The translations under genes and the position numbers were made by a program. From positions 1-28,026 of the forward strand of contig MGLW01000034.1 in NCBI GenBank assembly GCA_001794905.1: a DNA stretch of 28,026 nt, given 5' to 3'. Positions 24,739-28,026 of the stretch are shown here, in pieces. A model generated the notes under the pieces. That model saw nothing but the letters and a program-made list of their open reading frames with translations, searched no databases and was not told the origin of the DNA. The first letter of the stretch is position 1; each line of letters opens with the position of its first letter. This DNA is from Chlamydiae bacterium RIFCSPHIGHO2_12_FULL_49_11 (lineage in GTDB: Bacteria > Chlamydiota > Chlamydiia > Chlamydiales > 2-12-FULL-49-11).

Positions 24739-25535
24739 TCTCCCATAGCACTCTCAAAAAACTTACTTCCCCTCTCATTGTATTTTCTATTTTTGTCTTT
24801 CTGTACCTTCCCATCATTGTCCTCATCGTCTATTCGTTTAATTCCCGTTCCTTTCCGGCCCCGTGGAAAACGTTCACATTCGAATGGTATATCGCCCTAT
24901 TCGCACACGGCACATTGTGGATCTCCTTCTTCAATTCGTTCATCGTCGCTTTTGCTTCTACTTTTCTCTGCTTTTTCATGTCGATGTGCATGCTCTTTTT
25001 CCTTTTTATCGGCGGCAAAATTGAAAAGCAGCTTTCCCTCTTTTACCTCAATCTTGTGATTCCCGAAGCGGTCCTGGCAGTCGGACTGCTTGCCTATTTT
25101 TCCCTCCTCCATATCCCGCTTGGCATTGTGACCGTCATCTTTTCCCATGTAGTGATCGGCCTCGGATTCATCGTTCCCGCTCTCTACGCCCGTTTTGTCC
25201 AAATCGACCCGAGGCTCACCGAAGCTTCCTACGTTCTCGGCGCCTCTTCCCTTCAGACGTTTAATAAAGTGATTTTCCCCCTGCTCAAACCGGTGCTCCT
25301 CAGCACTTCTCTCATGATTTTCATGATTTCGTTCGACGATTTCATCCTCTCCTATTTTTGTGCAGGCACCTCTTTCCAAACGCTTTCCCTTTTCCTTGCC
25401 AACTCGCTTCGTAACGGCATCTCGCCGGTCGTCAACGCTCTTGCCACGATCCTCATCATCGCGACCGGATGCGTGACGAGTTTCATTTTCATCTCGTCCC
25501 GAAAACACAAAACACGGGTGTTTGCCCATGATTAA
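24735..25535 (+). CDS. potC: Polyamine ABC transporter permease
   Basis: FLYLPIIVLIVYSFN, EASYVLGA, SFDDF and ISPVVNALAT; ATGA overlap with potB. Confidence 0.87.
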   Translation: MISHSTLKKLTSPLIVFSIFVFLYLPIIVLIVYSFNSRSFPAPWKTFTFEWYIALFAHGTLWISFFNSFIVAFASTFLCFFMSMCMLFFLFIGGKIEKQLSLFYLNLVIPEAVLAVGLLAYFSLLHIPLGIVTVIFSHVVIGLGFIVPALYARFVQIDPRLTEASYVLGASSLQTFNKVIFPLLKPVLLSTSLMIFMISFDDFILSYFCAGTSFQTLSLFLANSLRNGISPVVNALATILIIATGCVTSFIFISSRKHKTRVFAHD

Positions 25536-26592
25536 GTGGACGGTCCGAATCGGCTACCTTTTTGTCTTAACGGGTCTCATCGTAGGGTCTCTTTTCATCA
25601 CTTCGTATTCCGATCAGAAACCGGCAAAAACGCTCGACGTATTTTGTTGGGGCGACTTTCTCGGAGAAGAGCTCATCGCCAAATTCGAAGAAGAAACACA
25701 CATCAAGGTAAATCTGCATACCTGCAATTCCAACGAAGAACTTCTTCTCAAAATGAAAAAGGGAGGTGTGCCGTACGACATCATTTTCCCTTCCGATTAT
25801 GCCGCCGCCCTGCTCATCGAAAACCATCTCCTCCGACCTCTTGACAAGTCGCGCCTTCCCTTTTTCGCATCCCTTTCCAAACAGTTGTGCGGACAATTTT
25901 TCGACAGAGACAATACCTACTCGGTCCCGTTCAGTTGGGAAGCCAGCCTGATTGCCGTCAACAAGAAGCTTGGCCTTGACACTTCCCACGTGCGCGATTA
26001 CTCCCTCCTCTTTTCGCCACCGCCACACCAGCTCAAACTTCTCTCCTCGCAAGATGCGGGAGAAAACTTCCTCACCGCCGCATTTTACCTTTTCGGAAAC
26101 CAGGAGATGCTCACCTCTTCACAAATCAAAGAGGTCCGCTCCCTTCTGCGCAAGCAGCGTACCTTTGTCGAAGCGTATTGTGATTACAGGGCCAAATACC
26201 TTTTTACGAAAGAACATTGCATGATCGGCGTCGGAAAAAGCTGTCTGATCGATCCGATTTTAGAAGAGAATCCCCAGATTGAATTCCTTTTTCCCGAAAC
26301 GGGGATCTTCGTTTCCCTGGAAAACGTGGCCGTTCCCGTTTCCGCCAAAGCGAGCGAGGAGAACATTTACAAATTCATCAATTTCGTGTTTAGACCTGAA
26401 AATATGGCGCTCCACATCGATACGGCAAGTATGTTCCCTTCTCTTCAAGAATCCCTTCTCTATACCCGCAAAAGATCGGACTATTTTAAAGCCCTTCCCG
26501 CCCGTATCCTGGATAATTACCCGATCCTTTTCTATAAACTCGTAGCTTCCCCGAGCACCATCCGAGAAGTGTGGGTCGACGTCAAATCCTAA
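25528..26592 (+). CDS. potD: Polyamine ABC transporter substrate-binding protein (divergent)
   Basis: WGDF, FEEETHIKV, SNEELL, YDIIFPSDY and FINFVFRPE; N-terminal anchor; operon position. Confidence 0.8.
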   Translation: MIKWTVRIGYLFVLTGLIVGSLFITSYSDQKPAKTLDVFCWGDFLGEELIAKFEEETHIKVNLHTCNSNEELLLKMKKGGVPYDIIFPSDYAAALLIENHLLRPLDKSRLPFFASLSKQLCGQFFDRDNTYSVPFSWEASLIAVNKKLGLDTSHVRDYSLLFSPPPHQLKLLSSQDAGENFLTAAFYLFGNQEMLTSSQIKEVRSLLRKQRTFVEAYCDYRAKYLFTKEHCMIGVGKSCLIDPILEENPQIEFLFPETGIFVSLENVAVPVSAKASEENIYKFINFVFRPENMALHIDTASMFPSLQESLLYTRKRSDYFKALPARILDNYPILFYKLVASPSTIREVWVDVKS

Positions 26593-26736
26593 ACAAAATT
26601 ATAAGTTGCTGTATTTAATAAATTTATGATTTTTTCATACAGTAATAATGTTTGCATCGCACCGCGGCAAAATTTACAGGTATCTTTTAATCCCGAAAAA
26701 AGGGAAACTAGTTCATGCAACCAAAACCGGATATCC

Positions 26737-27966
26737 ATGACATTCCAAACCTTTAATTTTCACCCTAAGATCCTCAAAGCACTAGAGGAGTCAGGTTACA
26801 CAGAACCTACTGAGGTTCAGCTCAAAGCAATGCCAAAAATCATGCAGGGGTTCGACATCCGAGCTTCAGCACAAACCGGCACCGGAAAAACCGGCGCCTT
26901 CCTCCTTCCCGCCCTTCACCGCCTCACTACAGTCGAGCCCAAACCGGGGAAAGGGCCCCGCATTTTGGTTCTGGTCCCAACCAGGGAACTTGCCATGCAA
27001 GTCGAAACCCAAGCCCAAAAATATGGAAAATATTTGAATCGGGTTAAAACCGTTTCGGTCGTCGGCGGCGTCCCTTACCCCATCCAACTCCGCAAATTAT
27101 CGCAACCCTACGAAATTCTGATCGCGACCCCGGGCCGCCTCATCGATTTTCTTGACAAATCCAAAATCCATCTGAACCGCCTTGAAATGGTAGTGCTGGA
27201 CGAAGCAGACCGCATGCTCGACATGGGCTTTTTGGAACCTGTTGAACTTATCGTATCGCAAACCCCGGAAGATCGCCAAACCCTGATGTTTTCGGCAACC
27301 CTGGAAAGGGCCGTATTAGAACTTTCGGAAAAACTCCTTAGAAAGCCTATGGATATCGTCGTCCATGCCAAGCACGCGAAAAACGAAAATATCCAGCAAA
27401 TGCTCCACATCGCAGACGACCTCGGCCATAAACACCGCCTTTTGGAACATATTTTGAATAAAGTTGACCGTGCCATCATTTTCACCTCAACAAAACGTCA
27501 TGCCGAAGAACTTGCCGTCGAACTCCAGGACAAAGGACATGAAGCGGGAGCCCTTCACGGCGACATGACGCAGCGTGCCCGTACAAGGACAATTGCTGAC
27601 TTGCGTGCCGGAAAAATCAATATCCTCGTCGCAACCGACGTGGCGGCACGGGGCATAGACGTTCAGCTCGTCTCCCACGTGATCAATTTCGATTTACCGC
27701 GCAATGCAGAAGATTACGTGCACCGGATCGGCCGCACGGGACGTGCCGGAGCAAAAGGGATGGCATTATCTCTAGCTTCTTACCGCGATACCGCTCTTTT
27801 GAAAAAGATTGAAGCCTTTACCGGTCATGCAATCGAACTTGGCGTGATCCCCGGACTCGAGCCTCGTTCTAAGAAAAGCGATCGTCCTAGCATGAAACCG
27901 CACAATAAACACCAGCCGTGGCAACGTACGAAAAAGCCCTTTTTTAAACGTCAACGCCATCAATGA
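26737..27966 (+). CDS. DEAD-box ATP-dependent RNA helicase (RhlE-like)
   Basis: Q motif, AQTGTGKT, PTRELA, TPGR, DEAD, SAT and HRIGRTGR, with a basic C-terminal tail. Start set at ATG 26737. Confidence 0.95.
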   Translation: MTFQTFNFHPKILKALEESGYTEPTEVQLKAMPKIMQGFDIRASAQTGTGKTGAFLLPALHRLTTVEPKPGKGPRILVLVPTRELAMQVETQAQKYGKYLNRVKTVSVVGGVPYPIQLRKLSQPYEILIATPGRLIDFLDKSKIHLNRLEMVVLDEADRMLDMGFLEPVELIVSQTPEDRQTLMFSATLERAVLELSEKLLRKPMDIVVHAKHAKNENIQQMLHIADDLGHKHRLLEHILNKVDRAIIFTSTKRHAEELAVELQDKGHEAGALHGDMTQRARTRTIADLRAGKINILVATDVAARGIDVQLVSHVINFDLPRNAEDYVHRIGRTGRAGAKGMALSLASYRDTALLKKIEAFTGHAIELGVIPGLEPRSKKSDRPSMKPHNKHQPWQRTKKPFFKRQRHQ

Positions 27967-28026
27967 AATACCTAACCGTTTGTTTTTTACTCCTGTTTGC
28001 AAACCTCTTTTGTACACCGGAGTACA
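27963..28026 (+). CDS. Probable start of a downstream exported protein (3'-truncated by the window edge)
   Basis: ATGA overlap with the helicase stop; reads MKYLTVCFLLLFANLFCTPEY..., which is signal-peptide-like. Confidence 0.5.
   Translation, partial: MKYLTVCFLLLFANLFCTPEY

Noticed and set aside
26626-26736. N-terminal extension of the DEAD-box helicase, or a structured leader RNA
   Set aside because: Helicase similarity begins at MTFQTF (26737), and no convincing riboswitch or hairpin could be identified by eye.

Overview
Chromosomal window most consistent with an environmental Chlamydiota genome (inferred from gene content and divergence, not proven). The housekeeping backbone is a 5'-truncated uvrA, an SRP RNA nested in the uvrA 3' end, an AAA_26/DRTGG protein, a GT9 glycosyltransferase, an RluA-family synthase, ssb, lgt, PIN/TRAM, acpS, trxB, potABCD and a DEAD-box helicase. 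The accessory content is less ordinary. (1) Four ~160-bp fold-back MITE-like elements of two families share TACCAA...TTGGTA termini. Each is flanked by a 3-bp TAA/TTA duplication, three sit on stop codons between convergent genes, and their ends form outward-facing sigma70-like promoters. (2) An unrelated 78-bp RPE-like inverted-repeat element lies between trxB and potA. (3) Two tandem giant (1249 and 1591 aa), distantly paralogous proteins of unknown function look like secreted or membrane effectors. (4) Two tandem 41-43 aa lipoprotein genes are missing from the ORF track. (5) An ankyrin-repeat protein ends in a CaaX box (CTML). No transposase, integrase, CRISPR array, tRNA or rRNA was seen.
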